Origin: an uncultured Clostridium sp.
Lineage (GTDB): Bacteria; Bacillota; Clostridia; TANB77; CAG-508
Length of the DNA stretch: 64,000 bases
Direction: 5' to 3'
Assembly: GCA_947648255.1 (NCBI GenBank)
Contig: CANSNA010000002.1
Coordinates: 251-64,250, forward strand
Shown piece by piece: positions 46,301-55,581 of this stretch. The notes under the pieces are model-generated. The model had not been told where the DNA came from and did no database searches. It worked only from the letters and a program-made list of their open reading frames with translations. Made by a program: the position numbers and the translations under genes. Every line of letters begins with the position of its first letter. The stretch's first letter is position 1.

Positions 46301-47998
46301 TGGAACTACTGCATCTCTCATATCATATACTTCTGCAATATTTGTTATTGGCTCATCATATACTGCATTATTTTCTACTTTGCAGTATACTTCTATATCT
46401 ACATAACTTAATGTGTATCTATCCTTTCCTGTTTGCCCTTCATTTCTTTCAGCTGCTGGAATTAATACTTCTCCTAGTTTTTTGCCTGATACATCTATTT
46501 TAGTAGGTTCTTTTGCTGGATCCATTGTTAGTTTTCCACCTGCTCCTACTACTTTGCATTCTTTTGTTGTATCTAGTATGTATCCTCCATCACTTGATAG
46601 CCATTCATATTCTGTGTTTTTATCCCATTCTGGAACTGTAAATGATAGATAGTTTGGTAAATAGTCTCTTACCTGCCTTACACAAGCATCTATGTCACCT
46701 TCATTGTATAATCTTATTGTATATGTTACTGTATCTCCTAATTTTACTGGATATGCCTTCTTTGGATGTCTATATGTTGCTGTTGTTATACGGTCTGGTC
46801 CTTCTCCAACATTTAAGTATGTTGTATCTGGTCTTTTTGTGTCTTCTTCTACTGGTTCTCTTGAATCTTGTGCTGGTAAGGCTTCTCCATTTACTGCTGA
46901 AATAAATTTTCTAAGTGCTATATCTGCTTGACCTTTACTTTCTTTAACTTGTATTACTGGTTGTTCTTTTGCAAATTCTGTTCCTGCTAAATATACTGTC
47001 ATATCTCTTTTGGGTGTATATGTTCCTCCATTTTTTGCAACAGCTTCTTTGGCAGATTTTATCAAGTTTCTATATAATGTATTTGCATGTGATTGCCTCT
47101 GTGTTCCCCATTGTCCACCTATGTTTATTATGCTTCCTGGTATTTGTGCTATATTTAGGTTATATATATCTGAAAGTGATTTGTATATATCTCTTCCTGC
47201 TGTATCTTTTTCTGTGTTAAATCCTATTGTTTTTCCATCTGTTGTTGGGAATGAAAATGTATCTCCTGAAACTGCTAAATATATTGTTGGTAAGTGTGCT
47301 CCATCTGCATCGTCTTGATGATAATCTCTTTCATCACTGTTTGCAAAATACCATATTGCAAGTTGTTGTATTGCTTCTATATCTGCTCTTGTTAAGACAT
47401 TTCTTATTGCTAATTCTCCACCTGTTGTTTCTCCTGCTCTATTTATTTCTGCTTCTGTATATCCTGCTCCAATTTTGGTATCTGTTAAATATTTATGTAC
47501 TTCTAATTCTGTAGCATCTTCTAATAGCATGTTATCTAATAACCAAAGTACTGCATAGAAGTTTTGACTATTTGCTGGATTGAATATTGTTGTCTCAGAT
47601 GTTACGCCATTATATTGATTAACTAATCTGTTGTAACTTTCTACTACATTTTTCTTTGATATTGGAAATTCTAGATTATAGTCAACTACTCTATCTTCTA
47701 TATTTGATTGTGGATTATCACTATCTTCTTCTGTGAAGCCTAGCCCTGCTCTTAAGCAATATAAATCTTTCAAGTTTTCTGTTGTTCCACCTTCATTATA
47801 TTTTACAAGTTTCCAAATATTTTTTGTGTTTGGTTCATCATAATAAAGCTGATGTTTGTATGTAATTCCTTTTTCTACTCTCTTTCTGGTTATAGATAAT
47901 TCTCCTATACCTTGAGCATTTGATGTGTTTAAGAAAATACAAGCAACCATCATTGCCATAAATATTAAAATTCCTACAATTAGTTTTTTCTTTTTCAT
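43331..47998 (-). CDS. 1555-aa wall-anchored adhesin: signal peptide, putative thioester (TED-like) N-terminal domain, five DUF11/Cna-B-like repeat modules with DDDD(F/Y)(D/E)K linkers, LPXTG-like sorting signal
   Basis: Intact ORF. N-terminal LYCLRAG... and ...IQQLAIWYF resemble the Cys and TQxA(I/V)W Gln motifs of thioester domains. Repeats contain DLALRKFI...VTYTIR(L/I/V)YNEG. C-terminus is LLVKTGA + hydrophobic helix + KKYVLE. No CCG/CGG at all on the coding strand. Confidence 0.7.
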   Translation of the reverse strand: MKKKKLIVGILIFMAMMVACIFLNTSNAQGIGELSITRKRVEKGITYKHQLYYDEPNTKNIWKLVKYNEGGTTENLKDLYCLRAGLGFTEEDSDNPQSNIEDRVVDYNLEFPISKKNVVESYNRLVNQYNGVTSETTIFNPANSQNFYAVLWLLDNMLLEDATELEVHKYLTDTKIGAGYTEAEINRAGETTGGELAIRNVLTRADIEAIQQLAIWYFANSDERDYHQDDADGAHLPTIYLAVSGDTFSFPTTDGKTIGFNTEKDTAGRDIYKSLSDIYNLNIAQIPGSIINIGGQWGTQRQSHANTLYRNLIKSAKEAVAKNGGTYTPKRDMTVYLAGTEFAKEQPVIQVKESKGQADIALRKFISAVNGEALPAQDSREPVEEDTKRPDTTYLNVGEGPDRITTATYRHPKKAYPVKLGDTVTYTIRLYNEGDIDACVRQVRDYLPNYLSFTVPEWDKNTEYEWLSSDGGYILDTTKECKVVGAGGKLTMDPAKEPTKIDVSGKKLGEVLIPAAERNEGQTGKDRYTLSYVDIEVYCKVENNAVYDEPITNIAEVYDMRDAVVPESGKPEDDIGRELEDRDSETKNVEPQPGNKDPNPNPKGPLPNYKQEEIDSKDPKKPYIPGQQDDDDFDKIIVNSQKIDLALRKYIYQIGDTKYPTRAPQPDVGPLKKGPGTDANYYHSKDPIDANVGDVVTYRIRVYNEGEVDGKVTEITDYIANNLEYVRYGDDKNTETETRESWWNATKGVEYTTVVSKPNCKIVGAGGKLTVDPAKEPNKIDVSGKTLGDEVTIPKFDKKTGTADDLSYIEVEINCQIMPLEETTKLTNIAEITGEKDENGRPVPEEVEDEDSIPDNVEPKVPDDEDLPHYKEDKEKDPWVPGNEDDDDFEKVKVKVPKLDLALRKFITDVDGKAPEKSRVPVTNSDPLDNLSGTTAEYIHTKKALEVKRKSEVTYTIRLYNEGDINAYVSKVTDYLPEYLDYLPENSINKKFGWEYDENTRQVKTTITAKNNQDGDEVYKDRRNGKLLTAYVSESGDLNYIDVQIVCKVNDKVESNKILTNLAQITETTDETGEKNIDDKDRDSMPDGDKRPGKDFEIPNDEKRPNYKEELEHLPYVPGQEDDDDYEKVVVKDFDLALRKFITGVENTPINNRYPEVKYEDGKISYEHTKDPVEVVTGNTVIYTIRIFNEGQADGWADEITDDMPEGLKFLPEHEINKEYRWIMLDENQEEITDGDTSKAKYIVTDYLSEKQEEETGRKNELKAFDPNKAISDKEPLNPDYKDVKLAFKVTYVAKTKEESARIIKNVAQISKDSDDDIDSEPDRDTPYDPDGPNEDDIDYDNVKVKYFDLSLLKWVAQTKVILNGKEVVTDTGHTAETSKNEPPVKLEIPEKELKNVIIKYVYTIQIENEGEIEGYATEIKDYIPQGLRFDEKDNTEWRWKVNEEGIVTTDYLKDTLLKPGETAQVPIVLTWINSSENLGTKVNLAEISKDKNDSDSPDVDSTPDNKVPDEDDIDDAPVLLLVKTGAVKIYIGMIAIILITFASGISLIKKYVLE

Positions 47999-48033
47999 TT
48001 TCTCTTCACCTTTTTATACTTTTCTTATCTTAT

Positions 48034-48061
48034 ATTTTACATTTTTTTTTAAGAATGTCAA
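48034..48061 (-). promoter_or_regulatory. Putative sigma-A promoter of the adhesin gene
   Basis: Minus strand TTGACA (48061..48056), 16-nt spacer, TAAAAT (48039..48034), ~35 nt upstream of ATG 47998. Confidence 0.45.
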
Positions 48062-48385
48062 TAGAAGTTTTTGGTATTTTTTTATGCATAAAAAAATCGT
48101 TCAAAATCCCTTTACGGAAAGAGATTTTGCGTTCTTAACATTTCTTTTTTACATTTCTATTACAATTATACTACATTTTCTCAACAAAATCAACTAATTA
48201 TGTCAATTTTTCTGTTAAAATCTCTTTTGCGTAAGTTATATTATTTTTATATTATAATATATTAAAATTTTTGGTAATCTTTCTTACTTTTTGAATATGA
48301 TATATTAGAGTTTAAGTTTCAGTAATATTTTTCTTGACATTTGCATTTATTTTTGTTATTATTATTAAGCAATATGCAAAATACT

Positions 48386-48459
48386 GCAGGTATAGTTTAG
48401 TGGTAAAACATAACCTTGCCAAGGTTAAGTTACGGGTCCGATTCCCGTTACCTGCTCCA
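48386..48459 (+). tRNA. tRNA-Gly (anticodon GCC) with atypical T-loop
   Basis: Manual cloverleaf: acceptor GCAGGTA/TACCTGC, D stem GTTT/AAAC, anticodon stem TAACC/GGTTA with 7-nt loop TTGCCAA, T stem ACGGG/CCCGT, discriminator T, encoded CCA. The T-loop reads TCCGATT (C at position 55) instead of TTCRANN. Confidence 0.8.
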
Positions 48460-48756
48460 ACGACGTATCTGTTCAAACTAATAGAATAGATAGATATGAA
48501 AAATCAATCAGTAATGGTTGATTTTTTTGTTTGCACAAAATTTATTGTCTCGCAGAGCCCTTATGTTATGATGGTACGTCATAACATATAGAAGGTAGGA
48601 CTTATGACAGAGTCATAGTCCTTGAAGCACAAAAAGTTTTCAAACAGGTAATTTTATGAAACAAGAATTAGAATATTACATTTAGTCAGAAATCAAAACG
48701 ATACAAAATAAAGGTAATTAACTTATATAATATTTTTTTGTCACTAATATGATGTT

Positions 48757-48786
48757 AAAAGACCAGAAAAATCATTCTGGTCTTTT
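48757..48786. terminator. Terminator downstream of 48839..49171
   Basis: AAAAGACCAGA-aaaatcat-TCTGGTCTTTT, perfect 7-bp core stem with A/T runs on both sides. Confidence 0.55.
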
Positions 48787-48838
48787 AAGTTTTTTGATGC
48801 ACACCTTAACTAATTTTCGTAATAACTTCAAAGTGTTA

Positions 48839-49171
48839 TCATAACTGTTGCTGACATAATTTTATAATGCTTAAAATCTTTTTACATTGGTTCTCCGAAA
48901 GCCTATCCTTATAATCATCGTAAGCCCAGATTAATTTATCTAATATATATTCATAGTAAATATCTGGTTTATCTTTTTCTTCAGCTAATTCTTCCATTAT
49001 GATTAAATAATCATCATCGAATTCAAAGCTTAATATTACTGGAATGTTACAATTTTTTGACAAAAAGAGAATATCTTCATCAGAATATTTTACATACCCA
49101 CGTTCTTTAAGAATACTTTGCAATTCTTTTTGCGTTTCAATGAAAAAATAACGATCAAAATAATTATACAC
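48839..49171 (-). CDS. Hypothetical acidic 110-aa protein (orphan)
   Basis: Intact ORF in an AT-rich tRNA-flanked islet. No motif recognised. Confidence 0.4.
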   Translation of the reverse strand: MYNYFDRYFFIETQKELQSILKERGYVKYSDEDILFLSKNCNIPVILSFEFDDDYLIIMEELAEEKDKPDIYYEYILDKLIWAYDDYKDRLSENQCKKILSIIKLCQQQL

Positions 49172-49677
49172 CCTATATGTTTTATGTGAAGTATTTTATA
49201 AAAAATTTAATTAACTTATTAAATAATAAATAGAGTTACACTCCAAATTGTAACTTCAAGCCTTAAAATTATAAGCATAAGCCAAAATAGCTTCTAAGAA
49301 TCATACATGTATCTATGAACTTACAGCTGATAGGACACCTATACTTATTCTAAAAGACCTTCACTATCAATATTTGTTATTTATTTTGTAAAAGTATGCA
49401 ACAAAACAATATTATAAGCATATAATAAAGTATATTAAAGTAGTGAATACATCAAATATTTACTACTTAAAGGGAAAGAATGCTTATTATAAAATAGTCT
49501 TTCCTAAATTACTCCAAATGTATTGACTTAGTATATTTAAGGTGATATAATTACATAGTATTTGTTGCAAATTAAATAAAAATATATTATTGATTAAATG
49601 TATAATATTATTTTTAGGAAACATTAACATCCTTACAAAAATTACATACTCCATTTTATTTTGCACATAATCTATAT

Positions 49678-49751
49678 GGCGATATAGCCAAGTGGTAAGG
49701 CATGAGTCTGCAAAACTCTGATCCCCGGTTCGAATCCGGGTGTCGCCTCCA
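49678..49751 (+). tRNA. tRNA-Cys (anticodon GCA)
   Basis: Acceptor GGCGATA/TGTCGCC, anticodon loop CTGCAAA, canonical T arm CCCGG-TTCGAAT-CCGGG, discriminator T, encoded CCA. Followed by hairpin AATACTC...GAGTATTTTT (~49822..49850). Confidence 0.85.
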
Positions 49752-50200
49752 AGAAATTAACATTTTAAGCAAATGGTACAGAGTATCACAAAGTATCATG
49801 TAATGGCACAAAATGCAGAAATACTCTCTTTGTAAGGGAGTATTTTTCGTTTTATAGGATAGACACCTATCATAGATTATCACAATTTAGTATAAAATTT
49901 GCTGTAAAATTGCTGTACATTGGTGTAAACAAATTTTATAGTATACATAGTAAGTAATAAGTGATTATGCATTTATATTATTATTTAATAGTTTATTGCT
50001 CTTTATTTAGATTTTTTGATAACATATTTCATAAATTGAATTTATTACTTTAGTTAGTTATAAAAATATGCAAAATTTTGTTTTGTTCGCTTGTATTATT
50101 ATAAGATATGTAGTATAGTAGTTAAAGATAGAAATGAGATAAGTAGTTGTGTTGCCACTTTGACTTAGATAGCTTGCTATCAGAAAGTGAGGTGGTGTTT

Positions 50201-50314
50201 ATGAGTTTTATACTATTCTTAATATTAGCCTTAATGGCATCAGTTACTCTAAACGTAACCTTATTGACAGTTTGTTACATACAATATGTTAATAAAATTA
50301 TAGATAAGGAATAA
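50201..50314 (+). CDS. Possible 37-aa hydrophobic peptide
   Basis: GAGGTGG RBS 6 nt upstream of the ATG. MSFILFLILALMASVTLNVTLLTVCYIQYVNKIIDKE, followed by hairpin ACAGCACATTC...GAATGTGC(C)GT. Below the track cutoff; no homology evidence. Confidence 0.3.
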   Translation: MSFILFLILALMASVTLNVTLLTVCYIQYVNKIIDKE

Positions 50315-50466
50315 AAATAACAGCACATTCTACTTTTTGACCTAAGGGAATGTGCCGTTATTACTTTTTACAAGTGGTAACCATATTTGACTATGGTTTC
50401 TCATTTTCTATCTATATTATACACAGATTTTTAGGAAAAGTCAAATATTTTTTGAAAGGAGAAAAT

Positions 50467-50988
50467 ATGAATTTTTTAACATTAGCGAGTGAAAGATATT
50501 CTTGTAGAAGTTTTAGTACTAAAAAAATAGAAAAAGAAAAAATAGAGAAAATTTTAGAAGCTGCAAAATTAGCTCCCACAGCTAGAAATTTACAGCCACA
50601 AAGAATATTAGTATTAACCCAAAAGGAACAATTAGAAAAATTAAGTGGTTGTACACAATATGGGTGGAATGCTCCAGTTATTATGATACTTTTTTATGAT
50701 AAATTAATTTCATATAAGAGAGATAAATATGATAATAAAGAATTTGGAGATATTGATATTAGTATAGTAACTACACATATGATACTAGAGGCACAGGACT
50801 TAGGTCTTGGTACTACTTGGATAGGTTCTTTTGATGCTGAAAAATTAGTTAAAATTTATGAAGTACCTGAAAATTTGATTCCTGTGGCAATATTACCAAT
50901 TGGATATCCTTCTGAAGAAGCAAAGCCAAGTAATTTACATCTTCAAAGAAATGAAATCTCTGATTTCGTGTATTGGAATAAAATTTAG
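50467..50988 (+). CDS. Nitroreductase family protein
   Basis: ATG 50467 with AGGAG RBS; the track N-terminal extension from 50350 was rejected. RYSCRSF...APTARNLQP...GLGTTWIG are typical nitroreductase motifs. Confidence 0.8.
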   Translation: MNFLTLASERYSCRSFSTKKIEKEKIEKILEAAKLAPTARNLQPQRILVLTQKEQLEKLSGCTQYGWNAPVIMILFYDKLISYKRDKYDNKEFGDIDISIVTTHMILEAQDLGLGTTWIGSFDAEKLVKIYEVPENLIPVAILPIGYPSEEAKPSNLHLQRNEISDFVYWNKI

Positions 50989-51074
50989 GTACTAAATTTA
51001 GGTTATTGTAGTATTAAAAATATTAATAATTATTCTAATACAGTATTTTCTAATTTTATTATCATCAATAATTT

Positions 51075-52559
51075 TTATTTTTCTAGATCTATAACTTTAG
51101 TTGCTATTTTTTTTGCAAAAGTTTCATCGTGTTCTATAAAAATAAGTGTTGGCTTATATTTTAAAATAGCATCTTCTATCTGTATCCTTGTTAATATATC
51201 AATATAGTTTAATGGTTCATCCCATATATATACATTTGCTTCTTCTGATATACTTTTTGCAATTAAGATTTTTTTCTTTTGACCTTCACTCATATCTTGT
51301 ATTTCTTTATCAAAATCAGATTTTGATATTCCCATTTTTACTAGCATTGCTTTAAAAATACTTTCGTCTATTTTATTTTCTAAAGCAAATGTTCTTAGAT
51401 TTCCTTTTAAAGCTTCTGTACTTTGTGATACATATGATATTTTTAATTCATTTGCTACTTTAAATTCTCCATTATATTGTATTTCTTTTCCTAAAATAAG
51501 TTTCAGAATGCTTGATTTGCCTATGCCATTTCTACCAACTATTTGAGCTCGATCTCCATTGCTTATTTCAAATGAAATTGGTTTAAATATTGTTTGCCCA
51601 TTGTATTTTATTTGTAAATCCCTTGCTAAAACTAATGGACTTTTATTACTTTGCACAGGAATAATCTTTAAAGTGTCATTTCTATCTATATTTTTGAGCA
51701 AATTAGTTTTTTCATCTATTGCCTTTTGGATTCTTTGTTCCATGACTTTTGAACTTTTCATCATCTTAGATGCCTTATGCCCTACATATCCTTTGTCTAT
51801 TGTAGTTTCTGAATTGTACTTTTTACTTTTTGATTTTTCAGCTTCGTTTGACCATTTTGCAGAATTTTTAGAAGCTATTTCGAGTCTATTAATATCTTTT
51901 TGTAATCTTTCATTTTGTACTATTTCAAAGTTATCTTGCTTATCTTTATTTTCTTTCCAGCTCGAAAAATTACCTTGCACAATTTCAATATTATTATTGT
52001 TTATAGCAATTATATGATTTACAACTTTATCTAAAAAGTTTCTATCATGAGATACTAATATGAATCCTTTTTTCTTTTCTAAAAATCTAGATAAGTTATG
52101 TCTTGTTTCAATGTCTAAATGGTTTGTGGGTTCATCTATAAGTAAAAAATTATTTCCTTTTAAAAATAGACTTATTAACAGTATTTTTGCTTGCTCTCCT
52201 CCACTTAATAAATTAAAGTTCCTATATAAAATTTCCGTATTTGTATTTAATAAATTGAGTTCTTTTATAATTTCCCAGTCACTTGCATTTGGAGCAATTT
52301 CATTAACTATCTCTATTGACATTCTATCTTTATTTGCTACTTCAAAGGGAAAATAATCGACATCAATATTTTTTAATATTGTTCCTTTATATTCATATTT
52401 TCCCTGTAATAATTTTAAGAATGTTGTTTTACCTTTACCATTTCTACCAATTAAGCCTAACTTCCAATCAGTATCTATATTAAAGGATACATCTTCAAAT
52501 ACATTATTATAACTTCCATCATATTTGAAGGTTAAATTATTTATACTTATTAAAGACAT
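51075..52559 (-). CDS. ABC-F ATPase, Lsa-like ribosomal protection type
   Basis: Intact 494-aa ORF with two ABC cassettes (GRNGKGKTT, GRNGIGKSS; LSGGQ-like LSGGEQ/MSEGQ), no TM domain and a charged inter-domain linker. N-terminus DTDWKLGLIGRNGKGKTT resembles the Lsa family. Confidence 0.75.
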   Translation of the reverse strand: MSLISINNLTFKYDGSYNNVFEDVSFNIDTDWKLGLIGRNGKGKTTFLKLLQGKYEYKGTILKNIDVDYFPFEVANKDRMSIEIVNEIAPNASDWEIIKELNLLNTNTEILYRNFNLLSGGEQAKILLISLFLKGNNFLLIDEPTNHLDIETRHNLSRFLEKKKGFILVSHDRNFLDKVVNHIIAINNNNIEIVQGNFSSWKENKDKQDNFEIVQNERLQKDINRLEIASKNSAKWSNEAEKSKSKKYNSETTIDKGYVGHKASKMMKSSKVMEQRIQKAIDEKTNLLKNIDRNDTLKIIPVQSNKSPLVLARDLQIKYNGQTIFKPISFEISNGDRAQIVGRNGIGKSSILKLILGKEIQYNGEFKVANELKISYVSQSTEALKGNLRTFALENKIDESIFKAMLVKMGISKSDFDKEIQDMSEGQKKKILIAKSISEEANVYIWDEPLNYIDILTRIQIEDAILKYKPTLIFIEHDETFAKKIATKVIDLEK

Positions 52560-52626
52560 TTTACCCCCCTACTAATTTAATATTAAGATTATATAATATA
52601 GAAACAATATTATAACGCTTAATTTC

Positions 52627-53226
52627 TTATTTTTCATTTATTAAGCTTCTTATTGCCTCATACAAATATGGTTTAAATTCTTCTATGGGGAGCGGTTCTT
52701 TGTTTATTATTGAGTTAAAGCAGGTTGAGCTTACTAGTTCTATTATCATGTATAAGGTTACTTCTGGGTTTTTTAGTGTTATTCCTGTTTCTTTTGCTCC
52801 TTTTAAGAATAGGTTATATATACTATCTTTTTTATTTTCATTTTCTTCATAGATTTTTAGTATAGTGCTATGATATATCCCCCATGATAAGTTTTTTGAT
52901 ATAAATTTTAATAGTTGTGGTGCCTTAGCAAGTTCATTTATTACATAATTTATTATAAATATTACTTGGTCAGCTAAGTTTTGTATATAATTTTTTCTTA
53001 ATTCCTCTAAGGCTTCTTCAAATAGTTTGTGTGATTTTTTTGCAATTAAGATGTCTCTTATTTCGTATTTGTCTTTGAAATATAAGTAAAATGTTCCTTT
53101 TGCAACTTCTGCCTTGTCCACAATTTCTTGTATTGATGTGTCTTTTATTCCTTTTTCTGTGAATAATTCAAATGCAGTTTTTAATAGTCTTTCTTCTTTA
53201 TCTTTTTCCTTTATTCCCTTTTTCAT
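52627..53226 (-). CDS. TetR/AcrR family transcriptional regulator
   Basis: N-terminal HTH LLKTAFELFTEKGIKDTSIQEIVDKAEVAKGTFYLYF. Divergent from the MMPL gene. Confidence 0.85.
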   Translation of the reverse strand: MKKGIKEKDKEERLLKTAFELFTEKGIKDTSIQEIVDKAEVAKGTFYLYFKDKYEIRDILIAKKSHKLFEEALEELRKNYIQNLADQVIFIINYVINELAKAPQLLKFISKNLSWGIYHSTILKIYEENENKKDSIYNLFLKGAKETGITLKNPEVTLYMIIELVSSTCFNSIINKEPLPIEEFKPYLYEAIRSLINEK

Positions 53227-53356
53227 GGCTTCCCCCTTTCTTTTATTATTACATATTTCCGACTAACAGTCAATTACTTTTTTGTATTTTTTTATCGTTA
53301 TTTATGTTATATATGTGCTTATTTATAAATATTTTATATGTTTTTTACAAAATGTA

Positions 53357-53419
53357 TTGACTTATTAAATTTATGAGCGTATAATATTACAAAATGACTA
53401 TTGGTCATTTTGTAATATT
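53357..53419 (+). promoter_or_regulatory. Sigma-A promoter with overlapping 16-bp perfect inverted repeat (probable TetR operator)
   Basis: TTGACT (53357..53362), 17-nt spacer, TATAAT (53380..53385). Inverted repeat AATATTACAAAATGAC (53383..53398) / GTCATTTTGTAATATT (53404..53419) with a 5-nt spacer. Confidence 0.65.
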
Positions 53420-53489
53420 TCAATGTTTTATTTCTTATTTATATGGATAAAACTATTCATTTAAAAGATTTTTAGAAAGGAGTGTTTTT

Positions 53490-55563
53490 ATGAATGTATT
53501 AGGAAAGGCAATTTGTAAATATAGAAAGCTCATTCTTATAATAGCTTTACTTTTGCTTATTCCTTCTCTTATTGGGATGAAGGCAACTAGGATAAATTAT
53601 GATATATTAGTTTATCTTCCAGATGATGTAGAAACTATTCAAGGTGAAAATATTCTTTCAGATGATTTTGATATGGGAGCTTTTTCAGTTGTGATAGTTA
53701 AAGATATGCAAACTAAAGATATTCTTAAATTAGAAGAAAAATTTAAAGAAATTGATAATGTCCAAAAGGTAGTTAGTATCGTAGATTTTATTGGTACTGG
53801 GTTTCCTACCGAAATGCTTCCTGATGATTTAAAGAATAAAATTTATAAAGATGATGAAACAATTATGCTTGTTACCTTCAAGGACCAAATATCTGCTGAT
53901 AGTACTATGGAGACTGTTGAAACTTTAAGAGAAATTACTGATGAAAGATGCAAAATTAGTGGTATGACATCTACTGTTTTAGATACTAGAAATCTTTCTA
54001 ACCAAGAAATTGCTGTATATATAGTTATTGCTGTAGCTTTATGTTTATTTGTTTTGGAACTTGCATTAGATTCATATATTGCACCAGTTTTGCTACTTCT
54101 AAATATTGGTATTGCAATTTTATATAATATGGGAAGTAATATTTTCTTAGGAGAAATTTCTTATATAACTAAGGCTATAAGTAGTGTTTTGCAACTTGGT
54201 GTTACTATGGATTTTGCAATTTTCTTGTATCATAGTTATATGCAAGAAAAAGAACATACATCTGACTTGAATAATGCTATGGCAACTGCAATTCATAAAA
54301 CTTTACTTTCAGTTGTAGGAAGTTCCCTTACAACTATTGCTGGTTTTCTTGCTCTTTGCAGTATGAACCTCACTTTGGGTAAAGATATTGGGCTTGTTAT
54401 GGCAAAGGGTGTTCTTTGTGGAGTAATATGCGTACTTACTATTCTTCCCGCTATGATACTTGAGCTTAATGGTATTATTGAAAAGACTAAACACAAAGAA
54501 ATTCTACCTAAATTTAAATTTGTTAAAAATTTTGTTATTAAGCATTATAAAATAATTATCTTACTTTTTATCATTATCTTGCCTATTGCTTTTTATGGTT
54601 ATTCTAATACAAATGTCTACTATAATCTGGATAAATCCTTGCCTAGTGATTTGGAAAGTGTTATTGCAAATAATGAACTTAAGGATACATTTAATATGGT
54701 CTCTATGGAGTTATTACTTGTTAATAAAGATATTCCTGATTATACAATAAATAAAATGCTTGATGAGATAGAGAAGTTAGATGGTATAGAATGGACTATG
54801 GGGTACCCTAAGCTTTCAGGGCTTCGGTATTCCTAAGGAAATTTTATCAAAAGATGTTATAGATATTTTTCAAAATGATAAATATCAAATGGTTATTATA
54901 AATTCTCAATATGAAATGGCAACTGATGAGTTAAATGAGCAGGTTGATAAGATAAATGAAATAATAAAAAGATATGATAAAGATGCATTACTTGCTGGGG
55001 AAGGACCTCTTATGAAGGATTTAGTATTAATTAGTGATCATGATTTTAATAGTGTAAATTCTGTTTCTATTGTAATTATCTTTATTATTATGATAATTGT
55101 TTTAAAATCAATTTCACTTCCTGTGATTTTAATTGCAGTTATTGAGTTTGCAATATTTATTAACATGGGTATACCATATTTTACAAATACTACTTTACCA
55201 TTTATTGCTTCAATTGTTATTGGTACAATTCAACTTGGTGCAACAATTGATTATGCAATACTTATTACAACTAAATATATTACTTCAAGAAAAGCTGGAA
55301 TAGATACAAAAGAAGCTATTGGAAATGCACTTTCTACCTCTATTGGTTCAATTATAATTAGTGGACTTTGTTTCTTTGGTGCAACCTTTGGAGTTGGAGC
55401 TTATTCTAAAATAGAGATGATAGGTTCTCTATGTACTTTAATGTCGAGAGGTGCAATCGTCAGTGTAGTTTGCGTTTTAACTGTGCTTCCTGCACTTTTG
55501 ATGGCATTTGACAAAATAATTTGCAAGACTACTATTGGTATGAGAAATATAAAAAATAATTAA
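53490..55563 (+). CDS. MMPL/RND-superfamily membrane transporter; 1 recoding event
   Basis: Joins ORFs 53490..54836 and 54889..55563. CTT-CGGT-ATT at 54825..54828 gives YPKLSGL-G-IPKEILSKDVIDIFQNDKYQMVIINSQYE. Two 6-TM bundles as in MMPL proteins. Confidence 0.75.
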
Positions 55564-55581
55564 GAAAGGATTTGATTCATT

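Noticed and set aside
49656-49883. 75-aa minus-strand ORF
   Set aside because: It overlaps tRNA-Cys (49678..49751) on the opposite strand and has no RBS or coding signature.
50350-50466. N-terminal extensions of track ORFs (50350 for the nitroreductase, 6066 for the RCC1 protein, 42863 for the small membrane protein, 37884 for rplK, 59640 for the carboxypeptidase)
   Set aside because: Internal ATGs with proper Shine-Dalgarno spacing, and family-typical N-termini or signal peptides, are better starts. The extensions cross terminator hairpins or RBS sequences.
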